64,000 nucleotides of DNA from Candidatus Obscuribacteraceae bacterium (GCA_044226015.1 JBGAHS010000005.1:320001-384000), one strand, 5' to 3'. Positions 20,215 through 30,010 are shown, counted from the first letter of the stretch. The notes: a model not told the origin generated them from the sequence alone. Numbers and translations: made by a program.

Positions 20215-23200
20215 CTAGTGCATCGGTAGCACTGGTATTTGCAAATCTTTCAGTGGGTTGTCTTTTGAATTGCTGTTTGTTGTTGGGAATGGCGGAATCA
20301 AGCGCATATCAGTCTTTGTTTTCTCGCCTTTCTGTTGCTTCGATGAATTAGCAACTGGTATTTCGAGATCATCGGACTTCGTTGCTGCCGACGCTGCGCC
20401 TTCCATGTTGATTAGGGGATCATCCAGTACTGGTGATTTCCAGGAATCATAAACCGCCATAGCAATCTTCGGACTGCAGATATCATTTTCAAGTCCTGAG
20501 ATAGCATTAGCATTCTCTTCCATTCTCAATTGCTCTGGGCTTGGAAGAACTGGCTTGCTGAGTTCAATTCTTGGAGCCTTGCTAGCGACAGTAACGGGGC
20601 TTGCGCTCTGAACCTGAGTCGCCGTCTTCGGCGTAGACTTCACAACTTTGTTGAAATCACTGCTTGGCTGTTGAATCGTTGATTGAATTACTGATGCACT
20701 AGCCAATAAATCGCGGTTCGATGGAACTGCAGGTTTATTGATGTTCGCTTGCGGTTTTGGCGAGCTGTTTGCTGGAACTGAGGCGATACTGCTTGTCTTG
20801 TCTGTGGATGGCTTTACAGCTGCCAGCTCATTCTTCGCAGTTAACTCGGCTGCTGGCTTGCTTGATAACTCTGCTGCTTTCTTAGTTTCAACTTGAGCAA
20901 GCTTAGCTACAACAGCTGTCTCCGATTTCTTAGTTTCAGTCTGTGCAAGCTTAGCTAAAACAGCTGTCTCCGATTTCTTGGTTTCAGCTTGTGCAAGCTT
21001 AGCTACAGCAGCTGCCTCTGGTTTCTTGGTTTCAGCTTGTGCAAGCTTAGCTACAGCAGCTGCCTCTGATTTTATAGTTTCAGTTTGTGCAAGCTTGGAT
21101 GCGGGTGTTTCTGCTTTTGCAGCAACTTTCACTGGCACCTGGTCCATCTTCGCTTCGGAAACTGGAATTGAACCATCCTTATTAGCAATATGCTGAACAG
21201 GTGTAGTCTTTTCTACTGAAGGAGAATCTTCAAGCAGCCTCGATTTCTCAGTCTTCAAAGGAGGAATAATCGATGCCAGGCTTGGTGCTTTTGTAACTGG
21301 TGTTGGAACCGCATTTGGAGTTAAATTGGCTCGGCTAGCCAGAGGTACAGGCTGAGCAAGCTTGTTTGAACCTTTTAGCTGTAGCGCAGGAGCTGACAAC
21401 ACTAAAGACGGTGCCGAGCTATTGCGCTCGATTGGCTGAATCAGTTTACCTGTTGATGCAAGTTCGGGAGCCAGCACTGCTGGAGTCTGCACTCCCGTAG
21501 CATAAGCCAAAGCGGGATGAGAACTTGGTTGTACAGGAGTCGATGCGTGAGACAGCGTGGATGGAACCGCGGCTGGAACAGTTGCCGTAGCTTGAGGAAG
21601 CTTAGCTGCTACTCGGCTTGTTTCCAGGACTTGCGGCAGCCCCCTGACTGTGCTTGTGGTCGGTTTTGGCAACTCAGCCACTGGTGTTGCGGAAGCTACT
21701 GGCTTGGGTGCTGGCGCAGCAATGATTGCATTTGTTGGCGCCTTGAATGCCACCGGAGGCGGTGCAAAGGAAAGTTTGTATTCTTGTTCGTGCTTTTCAG
21801 CAAGCTTTTGGATTTGTTCTGTCTTGGCTTGTGCACCAGCAGAGCTGCTGCTTTCTACAGCTGACTGCACCATATCGTGCAGATCACTGCTGGCGCTGAG
21901 AGTGGGTACTTCAGTTATGTCATTCCAATCAAGTTGGCTCTTACTCAGCTCTGCAATCTTTTCGGCTTGATTAGCTTCATTAACTGCAGTTTTGTTTTGC
22001 TCAGAATTTTTGCTTGATGTCTCCTGAGCTATAACGTCGATAGTTCTGCTGTTGTCGCTAGCAATTGATTGGGTGTCTTGCTTATCTGCAGATTGATACT
22101 TGTTTGCAGCAACGCTTGTGCTAACAGACTTTGCTTCTTCGACTGTCGGAGCTTTAGCCACTACATTTGGTGTCGACTGATCTGAGTCAAGAGACGGTTC
22201 TTCAGCAATGACTGGCATTTCGCCTTCGGGCAATTGACAGGTCTCGGCAAGGGTCGAAGATTCGAGGAAGCCGTGAATAGGTTGAGGATTTTGTGCAATT
22301 GGATGCTCAGGTTCAATTTCAGCAGAGGGCTTAGTCTGTCCGCCAGGATTTTCTTCTCCCTCTTGCTTCAATTGCTCACGAATTTGCTGCAGCGTTGAAG
22401 TCAGCGGCGGCTTTGCCATTGCAAATCTCATACCGAAGAACAAACGGAAGTCCATACCTGCAAGGCTAGGTATGTTGGAAGCATGGAAGTTCCAGATTGG
22501 TTCTGCGCGCACAAATGCTTGAAGACCTGGGTATTGCTTTAGAACTCTTCTTGCAATTTCAAAATCTGAAATGAAGACGTAGCTGTTCTTCGGAGTTGTG
22601 GCGTTGTGGTGGAACGGCTCTCTGAAGTTCTGTACGAACGTCGTTGATGCAGAGAATGTCCAACCGTTTTTCTGGTAAAGTCCACCCCATGTATAAAATG
22701 GATCGATTTCCTTCGTAGGTGCCTGAAACGGAGCTTTACCTCTGGCCTGAATAAGCGCGTTCACGAAAAGGACTGTGCGAGGCGTTGCAATGTACGAGAA
22801 AGTTACACCTGGCAGGAAGTCGAATACTGATTGTTGGTGCAATTGCCAGAGTTCTCTTCCCTGGAACTCGAATTGCAAGCTGCCTTTTGCTCCAACAGGC
22901 ATGTCATGTTGTAAGCCAATCGCATAAGAATGGATGACAGTGTTCAGCCGCATACTGTGTGCGAGCTGGTCGCGAATCATGAAGTAGTTTGTGAACAAGC
23001 GCGTGTGCGGGGTGAATGCCCAGCCACCTGACACGTTGGGCAGGGCACGGAAGACCATGTTGTTGCGTGCTACCTGACCGATGATGTCGTACAAGCTAGC
23101 TTGTTGAGTTTCACTTAGTAAGCGCCACTGTGCTGGTCGTGGCAAATCTGCCATAAGTCTGCGCTTGGTTGGAAACTGAAATGGGTTTGTCTCGTTACGA

Positions 23201-23508
23201 CCCGTGATTTCAACGCTGGACGAAAAATAAAGGTTGGCCGGGAGTCGTTGCATTACTTTCAGCTGCAGAAGCTCTCCGATTGGAGTCTTGTCTGCATCTC
23301 TGTCAGTCAGAGGAACCACGTCTGTCGGCAAAATGGTGGTATTGCCGGCGGTGAGAGGCGTTGCTGCTGCACCGGCACTTGCAGGCGTGGTTTGTGCCAT
23401 CGCCGACAGTGGCAGCAGCGGTGAGATGCCTAAAGCAATTGCCTGGCAGAGCATAATGCTCCGCCAGGGCTGAGTTTTTGAAATCGCTTTTGTGATTCTC
23501 TTTGCCAA
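20215..23508 (-). CDS. Exported protein with N-terminal beta-barrel-like region and ~700-aa low-complexity tail
   Basis: Signal peptide ending AMA-Q; alternating aromatic beta-strand pattern at about residues 85-365; A/P/S/T/K-rich tail. Confidence 0.7.
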   Translation of the reverse strand: MAKRITKAISKTQPWRSIMLCQAIALGISPLLPLSAMAQTTPASAGAAATPLTAGNTTILPTDVVPLTDRDADKTPIGELLQLKVMQRLPANLYFSSSVEITGRNETNPFQFPTKRRLMADLPRPAQWRLLSETQQASLYDIIGQVARNNMVFRALPNVSGGWAFTPHTRLFTNYFMIRDQLAHSMRLNTVIHSYAIGLQHDMPVGAKGSLQFEFQGRELWQLHQQSVFDFLPGVTFSYIATPRTVLFVNALIQARGKAPFQAPTKEIDPFYTWGGLYQKNGWTFSASTTFVQNFREPFHHNATTPKNSYVFISDFEIARRVLKQYPGLQAFVRAEPIWNFHASNIPSLAGMDFRLFFGMRFAMAKPPLTSTLQQIREQLKQEGEENPGGQTKPSAEIEPEHPIAQNPQPIHGFLESSTLAETCQLPEGEMPVIAEEPSLDSDQSTPNVVAKAPTVEEAKSVSTSVAANKYQSADKQDTQSIASDNSRTIDVIAQETSSKNSEQNKTAVNEANQAEKIAELSKSQLDWNDITEVPTLSASSDLHDMVQSAVESSSSAGAQAKTEQIQKLAEKHEQEYKLSFAPPPVAFKAPTNAIIAAPAPKPVASATPVAELPKPTTSTVRGLPQVLETSRVAAKLPQATATVPAAVPSTLSHASTPVQPSSHPALAYATGVQTPAVLAPELASTGKLIQPIERNSSAPSLVLSAPALQLKGSNKLAQPVPLASRANLTPNAVPTPVTKAPSLASIIPPLKTEKSRLLEDSPSVEKTTPVQHIANKDGSIPVSEAKMDQVPVKVAAKAETPASKLAQTETIKSEAAAVAKLAQAETKKPEAAAVAKLAQAETKKSETAVLAKLAQTETKKSETAVVAKLAQVETKKAAELSSKPAAELTAKNELAAVKPSTDKTSSIASVPANSSPKPQANINKPAVPSNRDLLASASVIQSTIQQPSSDFNKVVKSTPKTATQVQSASPVTVASKAPRIELSKPVLPSPEQLRMEENANAISGLENDICSPKIAMAVYDSWKSPVLDDPLINMEGAASAATKSDDLEIPVANSSKQQKGEKTKTDMRLIPPFPTTNSNSKDNPLKDLQIPVLPMH
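20878..21096 (-). repeat. 48-bp in-frame tandem repeat, about 4.5 copies
   Basis: Encodes KLAQxETKKsExAvvA units. Confidence 0.9.
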
Positions 23509-23561
23509 TTGCTCCCCTTTAGCTGAAACAGTGCTGCGGTTAGCAGCCGTAGCGTTTCAGA

Positions 23562-24125
23562 CTATTTAGCGGGAGCCTTTTCTGCTGGCTTTTCAACCGG
23601 AGCGCTAGTTTTCAGTCCAGCTGCTGGAGAGAGTTTCTTCACGAGAGCATCAGTGATGTCTTCGCCGCTAGCGATAATCTTGTCGCCACCGGAATAAACA
23701 CCGGCGCCATCAACAACCAGGTCGAGTCCCTTTTCTTTAGCGACTTGGGCTACTGCACTGGCGATTTGCTGATTAGCAATTTGTTGCTGTGTTTGCACGA
23801 GTTCAATCAATGCTCTTTGCTTTGCGTTGATTTCTGTTTGCAGCTGTTGAGCCATTTTCTCAACTTCTGCTTTTTCTTTCTTTTCTTCTTGAGCTTTTTG
23901 AAGACGCTTGTTGCCTTCTTCGACATCTCTACGCAATTGATTCTCTGCTTGTACTCTCAGTGCCTCAGAGCCAGCAGATTCCGGGTAGGAAGCTTTGACG
24001 AGAGCTAGATTGAAATATCCAACTTTAGCGTTGATTGTGGTTGCAGAACCCGCTGCCATGGCTGCTGGAGCAGCTAGTGAAAGTATTGCTGAAAGAACTG
24101 CAAACTTAGTAAGAGTAGACCTCAT
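23562..24125 (-). CDS. skp: OmpH/Skp periplasmic chaperone
   Basis: Signal peptide, KVGYFN, coiled coil, VAKEKGLDLVVD, DITDALVKKL. Confidence 0.85.
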   Translation of the reverse strand: MRSTLTKFAVLSAILSLAAPAAMAAGSATTINAKVGYFNLALVKASYPESAGSEALRVQAENQLRRDVEEGNKRLQKAQEEKKEKAEVEKMAQQLQTEINAKQRALIELVQTQQQIANQQIASAVAQVAKEKGLDLVVDGAGVYSGGDKIIASGEDITDALVKKLSPAAGLKTSAPVEKPAEKAPAK

Positions 24126-24271
24126 TTTTTTACCTGCCAAAAAATTGCCGATGAACGAACGCGACAATTATACACTGGCAATACAAAATGAGCCAGACCT
24201 GAAAACTATGACGGCAACGGATGTCCGAGAAAATATGAGATTTGAAAATTGTGATGTCAGGTGGTTGCGAT

Positions 24272-24751
24272 TTAGCAATACTCTCTCAGCGTAACGAGAG
24301 CTTTTCGACCGATGTACCCGTCACCGTCGAGATGCCAATGGGTTATATCTCCTTCACCAAACTGCCAGCAGAGGTAATACTTGAAATCACCATTGCGAGC
24401 TGGGAAGTCAACAAGTCCGTCTCTGAGCTTTCTTAAAATCACGCCTTTTCCTGTTATCTCGTCGACCCAAGTTTCAAGGCAACGAATAAACTCAGCGCGT
24501 TCTTTTGACAGGTCATTTATTGCTTTTTCGAAATTTGCACGTTGTTTGCGAAATCTGCCGATACCATCATCGGTGTCATCTTCTGGAGCCCCGCTCTCAT
24601 CAAGTTCTTGCTCTGCCTTGAGGTAAATGTCGTTCAAGACCTGCAGTTTGGATGATTTCTTGTCTAGCTCGGAGTTCGCTTTCCGCATTAACTCCGTCAG
24701 TTCTGGTAACAAATTGTTTGCTTCATCAATAGTAAAAAAACGTTCTTCCAT
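24272..24751 (-). CDS. DUF2203 family protein
   Basis: RFFTIDEAN.LLP, GLVDFP, YLCWQFGE..I.HWH...GY.GR. Confidence 0.9.
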   Translation of the reverse strand: MEERFFTIDEANNLLPELTELMRKANSELDKKSSKLQVLNDIYLKAEQELDESGAPEDDTDDGIGRFRKQRANFEKAINDLSKERAEFIRCLETWVDEITGKGVILRKLRDGLVDFPARNGDFKYYLCWQFGEGDITHWHLDGDGYIGRKALVTLREYC

Positions 24752-24911
24752 CGCCTGATCCGCATTTCTAAGAGATATATCCAGTGACTACCTATTGGTA
24801 TGCACATTGCATACCCGGTGTATGGCAACCTCAAGCGACGGTTTCTGCTGGTACTACTTAATTTACGCAATTCTTACGTTCATTCTGCATTGGTTCAATT
24901 TGCCTTAAAGC

Positions 24912-24941
24912 AAAAAAGTCGAGCTGCACCAGCTACGACTT
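24912..24941 (-). terminator. Intrinsic terminator in the intergenic region upstream of DUF2203
   Basis: Minus strand AGTCG(T)AGCTG-GTG-CAGCTCGACT followed by TTTTT. Confidence 0.75.
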
Positions 24942-25025
24942 ACTATGTTTCTCTTTTGATAATTCGGAGCCGCCGGCTGGTTAATCTCTCGCACGGCCCA
25001 TACGAAAAAATCCGGCGGCTTCTAA
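24912..25025 (-). ncRNA. Putative small structured RNA or attenuator leader
   Basis: AGCCGCCGG/CCGGCGGCU stem enclosing a G-U-rich inner stem that pairs well only on the minus strand, then the terminator. Confidence 0.5.
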
Positions 25026-25123
25026 TGACAGAATATAACTTCTTGGAATAATGCAACACAGTATTTACCCTAGTTCCCTCTTCTTGACGAGCGGGTCGCA
25101 AAGGGCTTACCATCCTGGTTTAT

Positions 25124-26797
25124 ATGACAACGTCTGATATCGAAAAAGAAAAATCTGTTTTTGCGTCTAAAAGTTACAGTTATCATCGCAAAACCAAGCA
25201 CACGATACAGAGCCTCTATTCATCGGGGCACAGGCTCGACTGGGCGACACAACCCAATCCATTTCGTGTTTATGACGGGGCCGAAGTTCTTGAGTTGCCA
25301 ACGAAGTTTAGCGAGCGCCCTCTTGAGCTGCACTCACTCATAAAGCAGATGATTCAGTCTCAGTGTGATGGTTTACAAGCAGCGCTGGACAGTGCAAACC
25401 TACAAGATCAAGCGCCTGCAGATTTGCAATCAATCTCAGAGCTTCTCTTCTACAGTATGGCAATAAGCGCATGGAAGCAAATAAAGGGAACCTCGGAATC
25501 ATGGGCACTGCGTGTAAATCCATCATCCGGCAACTTGCATCCAACAGAAACTCATATCCTCTTTGATTCGTGGAGTGGTATCGAAAATGGTGTGTACCAT
25601 TATCGGGTTAGAAATCACTCTCTGGAAAAAAGGTCTTCAGCCTCTATCCTTAAGCCATTATGGGCGGTGCTCAAAAGAGAGAATGATCCGCCACCAAATG
25701 CAATTATCTGCTTGACCAGTATTTTCTGGCGGGAAGCGTGGAAGTACAGAGAGCGAGCCTTTCGATATTGCCAGCTTGACCTGGGTCATGCATCAGCAGC
25801 CATTTGTTTATCAGCGAGCTTGCTTGGCTGGCAAACAGGAGTAATTAATGAGTTTAGCGATGAGGAAGTAAGTCGGCTGCTTGGAATTGAATCTTTCGAT
25901 GAGCGACCTATGCTTTTCATTCCTTTATATGCAAAGGTCGGTGATGAACCTGTATCTCATTTTGATTCCGCTAAGCCATCAGGTTTTATTGGTTCGCCAA
26001 ACCAGCTTTCGTCTTCTCAAATTTCGTATGACATTATTGAGGAAGTTTATCGCGCTGGCTGTTTGCCAAGTTCTGATAACGTTGTTGGTTCCACAATAAT
26101 AAGCAATGCGCGATTCATTCTGCAAAGTGATGATCTTGCAGAGCGTCTTAATCTCAACAACAAATCCGCTTCTTTGCCTGCTGCTAGCAGCGCCCAGCGA
26201 GTTATGCGAACTCGCCGCTCTGCTGTTGAGATGGACCATAGATTTAAGTCGAGTTTGGCCAGGTTTAGTCGCATACTGATCGACTCTACACGTGGTTTCA
26301 AATCCTCTTTTGGGAAGGTGCTTTCCTTTGACCCGACAGAAAGGGAGTTGAGTCATTTTGTCGACATATTATTGTATGTCCATCGAGTTGATGGTATCGC
26401 ACCTGGTGTTTACCATTTCGACCGAAATACTTTTGACTTGACTTGCCTGAACGAATCTAACTGCAGGAATTTTTCGAAATACGCAAGTTGTATGCAAGAC
26501 ATTGCTTCTGATGGCATTTTTGCCGTCTCACTCGTTGCCGACATGCAGTCGGCATTCGATGTTTTTGGAGAACGATTTTACAGATACGTACATCAGGAAG
26601 CAGGGTTTATTGGACAGCTCTTTTATTTGACTGCCAGATCTCTAGACATTGATGCCACCGGCATTGGTTGCTTCCTTGATGATGAAATCAACAGAAGTTT
26701 GCCTGAGGGAATGGAGGTTGTTTACAATTTTACGTTTGGCAGAGCTTTAATTGACGAACGTCTGAGCGAACTGCCGGCTTACCCATTTTTGAGTTAG
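25124..26797 (+). CDS. SagB/ThcOx-type dual nitroreductase-domain protein
   Basis: YHRKTKH, LDWATQPNPFR, LRVNPSSGNLHPTE, WKYRERAFRY, ATGIGCFLDD. Confidence 0.88.
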   Translation: MTTSDIEKEKSVFASKSYSYHRKTKHTIQSLYSSGHRLDWATQPNPFRVYDGAEVLELPTKFSERPLELHSLIKQMIQSQCDGLQAALDSANLQDQAPADLQSISELLFYSMAISAWKQIKGTSESWALRVNPSSGNLHPTETHILFDSWSGIENGVYHYRVRNHSLEKRSSASILKPLWAVLKRENDPPPNAIICLTSIFWREAWKYRERAFRYCQLDLGHASAAICLSASLLGWQTGVINEFSDEEVSRLLGIESFDERPMLFIPLYAKVGDEPVSHFDSAKPSGFIGSPNQLSSSQISYDIIEEVYRAGCLPSSDNVVGSTIISNARFILQSDDLAERLNLNNKSASLPAASSAQRVMRTRRSAVEMDHRFKSSLARFSRILIDSTRGFKSSFGKVLSFDPTERELSHFVDILLYVHRVDGIAPGVYHFDRNTFDLTCLNESNCRNFSKYASCMQDIASDGIFAVSLVADMQSAFDVFGERFYRYVHQEAGFIGQLFYLTARSLDIDATGIGCFLDDEINRSLPEGMEVVYNFTFGRALIDERLSELPAYPFLS

Positions 26798-27525
26798 TAG
26801 CCAAAAAGACGATTCACCACATTTGGCATTTTTCGGTAAGCGAATAATCTGACGTTTCCGTATCGAACGAGCTCTGTTTTTTCTGCATATCTTCGCCACG
26901 AAAGACCGTCTCCGGTTTTACCTTTCCGCAAGTCAACGAACATATAGCCTTTCTTTAAAGACTGGGCAAAAAGTCCCAATTCAGAATCGCCAGGCTCCTG
27001 CGTTTTTTCTGGTGGAATTAGGTTTGGGTTTTCTGCCCAAATTCGTGCTGCATATTTGTCGTGAACTTTTTCAATTGGCGAACCCTCTTCGAAGCTTGCA
27101 AATGAAAGTAGTTGACCTACAAATTCGCTGAAAGTTTTTGCTTGCCACACTATGACTTCTGGATTGGTCGAATAGTAAAATACTGGACCCCAATCTGTGC
27201 TTTGTGGTGTCAGGTCAACGATCCAGTAATTTCCCGCACCATCTCCAGCTACAGGTAGACCGTATGGAAAGAGTTCCTTTCTTATCGAAACGTCCGCAAG
27301 TGACAAGCCGGAAAAATCGATTGCATCGAGAGAAGGTTCAATTCCCCGAGTAAGTTGAAGCAGTTCGATAATATGTTCTGGAAGCCTGCACGGGAGCATG
27401 ACCTGCAACGCATCGAGTTCCTTTTTGCTAAGCCCGGGCAACAATTTTCCGATTATTGGATCGCTGTGTTCGTCTTCACCCAGTTGTCTTCCGTCGAATT
27501 CCTGGAGGCGCGCGATTATACTCAT
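26794..27525 (-). CDS. SMI1/KNR4 (SUKH) family protein
   Basis: PGLSKKEL..L...LP, DGAGNYW.VDL...GPVFY, TFSEFV. Confidence 0.8.
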   Translation of the reverse strand: MSIIARLQEFDGRQLGEDEHSDPIIGKLLPGLSKKELDALQVMLPCRLPEHIIELLQLTRGIEPSLDAIDFSGLSLADVSIRKELFPYGLPVAGDGAGNYWIVDLTPQSTDWGPVFYYSTNPEVIVWQAKTFSEFVGQLLSFASFEEGSPIEKVHDKYAARIWAENPNLIPPEKTQEPGDSELGLFAQSLKKGYMFVDLRKGKTGDGLSWRRYAEKTELVRYGNVRLFAYRKMPNVVNRLFGY

Positions 27526-27530
27526 GACAG

Positions 27531-28988
27531 CTATTCTTCCTTAGCTGTAGAGCTAGTGATTCTTCTGCCTGCGGTTATACATATTGCCAGCAGCATCCAG
27601 AAAACGAACTGCACCTGCGGTCGATAATACACAGTGTCAACCAGTCCATGAATCATCATCGCTGCCAAACCTGCTGCTGCTCCAGCTGCCAGCCAGCGTC
27701 CTGGATTCTCTCTGTTATTCCAGAATGTTTCGTGAGCTCTTGTAAGAACACTGACAACCATGGCAAGAAATACGCAGAGACCAAGAACACCAGTTTCTAC
27801 CGCAACTTCAAGAGGTACGCAATATGTACCTAAAGCATCGAAGCCACTTCTCATATAGAGTCCGTAGACTAACTTGAAAGTTGAGTTGCCCGGACCCACT
27901 CCGAGCCACCAGTTATCGATAAACATCTTTATTGAAGATGCATAAACATTCAGTCTGTAAGCGTTTGAGCTGTGTCCGAAGCCAGAAAAAATTGAAGCAA
28001 TTCTATGCTCGTAACTGGGCGCAGCAAAATGTAGCACCGCCCACAGTGCTACTGGAGCTATCAGGAACAGGCACACGATTGGAATTCTAAGTTTGGGCTT
28101 TTGCCCCCAGATTGTGAGAAGTACGGTGAAAGCCAGTGCTGCGATGCCCACACCGATGCCCATGTAGCCTCCCCTGCTTCCAGTGAACCAGGTGCAGGCA
28201 GTAATGACAGCGGCTATTCCAAGAATTGGAACTCCTGTCCACCATTTCCATCCCTTTTGACAAAACGCCATTATTGCCGAGCCAAGGCTGAGCGGAATTA
28301 GTGGCACCAGATAGCCCGCTAAAAGATTTGGATTCTTCAGTGTCGAATAAACACGCGTCGTTTTGTCGTCGGAGCTGGGATCTTCCCAGGTGGCAAGAGG
28401 TGCTACATGAATTTTGTACTGGTAGCATCCGTAAAGCGACACTAGAGTCGCTGATGCCAACATAGCTCCGATTACCAGGAGTGCTCGTTTGTTAGAGGTC
28501 TGCTGCAGTGTGCTCGTAAATAGGAAATAGGAGCAGAAGTAGACTATCATTTTTGATAGCCCTTTCAAGCTCTGAAGCGGATAAAACGAAGACGCTGTGG
28601 CAATAAAGTTCATACCTGCAAATGCGAGAACAAGGAAATCTGTTGCGCATGGTTTGTAGCTTCCCTTGTTGGAAATCAGCATGCCAAAAATGCGAATCGC
28701 ACTTGCTGCTAGAACCAGAAGCGCGAGCTTCTCTTTGTCGTCAGCGAACATCGGTGCTGGGATAATCAGAAAAAGAAGAAGCACCATTGCAAAAGAGCCT
28801 ATTTCGCAAAGTTTGCCGATGGTGTCAGCAAGTGGAACCTTCGAAACTGCTGCTTGAATGCTAGCTTTCAGGCTAGACCAGATGCGGCAGAACATTGACT
28901 CGGTCAACACCGAAGCCCAGACGATGTCATAGCGGCTCAGCGACAGAACCGGTACCAGTTCTTTTTCAAATTTATCTCTTAAAGACAT
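27531..28988 (-). CDS. ictB: IctB-like O-antigen ligase family membrane protein
   Basis: PLATWED, RVYSTLKNPNLLAGYL, TGSRGG, SSNAYRLNV, GVGPGN, HGLVDTVYYRPQV. Confidence 0.88.
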   Translation of the reverse strand: MSLRDKFEKELVPVLSLSRYDIVWASVLTESMFCRIWSSLKASIQAAVSKVPLADTIGKLCEIGSFAMVLLLFLIIPAPMFADDKEKLALLVLAASAIRIFGMLISNKGSYKPCATDFLVLAFAGMNFIATASSFYPLQSLKGLSKMIVYFCSYFLFTSTLQQTSNKRALLVIGAMLASATLVSLYGCYQYKIHVAPLATWEDPSSDDKTTRVYSTLKNPNLLAGYLVPLIPLSLGSAIMAFCQKGWKWWTGVPILGIAAVITACTWFTGSRGGYMGIGVGIAALAFTVLLTIWGQKPKLRIPIVCLFLIAPVALWAVLHFAAPSYEHRIASIFSGFGHSSNAYRLNVYASSIKMFIDNWWLGVGPGNSTFKLVYGLYMRSGFDALGTYCVPLEVAVETGVLGLCVFLAMVVSVLTRAHETFWNNRENPGRWLAAGAAAGLAAMMIHGLVDTVYYRPQVQFVFWMLLAICITAGRRITSSTAKEE

Positions 28989-29000
28989 TGGTTGACCAGA

Positions 29001-29489
29001 TTAACGAATGTCGACGACTGTACCTTGCACGCGGTACGTTTTTGCTTCCAGTTCTATCGGGTTACCTATTTTGATTTTCTGCCCTTTGACTACGTAACCA
29101 TCTGCGGTGCCTAAAGTGTCTGCGCTGCTGATCGTGATTTCGTAATCATGGGCAAGCGGTTGTGAGGGGTCGTCAAATGACTTTACCGTGCCATCTTGCG
29201 TGAGAAAAGAAATTTGCTTCTTGCATTCCTTCACGTTTTCAATCGTCAAAGTGCCTTCAACGGGCTGGTTTCTGATGGTTAGAGCCGTTTGCTCGCCGAC
29301 TTTGAAGAGGTTGGGGTCTCGCGTTTTTAGCCCTGCAAAATATACGGTAATGCTAACTTTGCCTTTCGACTCGATGACTTTGTCTACACCTGCGTGGCCA
29401 GTTTGCGCCATTGCAAAACCACCTGCAGATATGAGGAGCACCAGCAAAAGGAAAAAATCGAATGGATTATAACGTCCAAGAACCTTCAT
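29001..29489 (-). CDS. DUF4330 family protein
   Basis: N-terminal NPFD plus TM, IRNQP, KIKIGNPIELE. Confidence 0.75.
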   Translation of the reverse strand: MKVLGRYNPFDFFLLLVLLISAGGFAMAQTGHAGVDKVIESKGKVSITVYFAGLKTRDPNLFKVGEQTALTIRNQPVEGTLTIENVKECKKQISFLTQDGTVKSFDDPSQPLAHDYEITISSADTLGTADGYVVKGQKIKIGNPIELEAKTYRVQGTVVDIR

Positions 29490-29777
29490 TTTATCTCCAA
29501 CCCCAATTCTGAACTTCGCCAGTCTAGCACCTTTAAGAAAGTGAGCATTATTGCGTGTTCAGCTATTTATGCAGGTTTTGCTGTACTTTGCTATATTGAA
29601 CGTATTAATTCTGCATGTATGGAAGATTGCTGAAATGCCTTATTTTAGGTGCCGCTTCTCGTGTGAAGCTGGCACCTCCGCAAACTTGCGAATTCAGTTT
29701 CAGATCTGCGGAAGTAGATTTGCGGTGCTGATAGGTTTTTGAAACCGCATTTTCTCAGTCTAAGTCTGCGTCGCAGG

Positions 29778-30003
29778 GTGACGCTCCCGCTTCTTGGAGG
29801 AGTGTTCAGGACAGATATTTCAAATCTCGCCGGCCGGGGGGCTGCGCTGCGCTTCTAGCGGACCTAGGAAAAACAGAGGGGGGCCGCCATCCCCGATACA
29901 CCCCACCGTGGTGGGACATACCGGCCTCTGCTCCCAGATCCGCGCAATGGCCTGATCCAGAATGGACTACCGCCAGCAGAGCAATAGCTGGAGGAGTCAC
30001 TGT
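29778..30003 (-). ncRNA. Putative structured ncRNA (~225 nt); 6S RNA is the leading known candidate
   Basis: GC-rich island; 5' GUGAC pairs 3' GUCAC; nested helices with many G-U pairs on the minus strand; promoter immediately upstream. Confidence 0.7.
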
Positions 30004-30010
30004 GTATGCT

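Noticed and set aside
24800..25051. 83-aa plus-strand ORF
   Set aside because: Overlaps a palindrome, a terminator and an RNA stem; no RBS or recognisable motif.
25124..26797. RiPP/thiopeptide gene cluster
   Set aside because: No YcaO, precursor or lanthipeptide dehydratase nearby.
29778..30003. SRP RNA, RNase P RNA, tmRNA or retron msr-msd identity
   Set aside because: Signature motifs are absent and there is no reverse transcriptase in the window.
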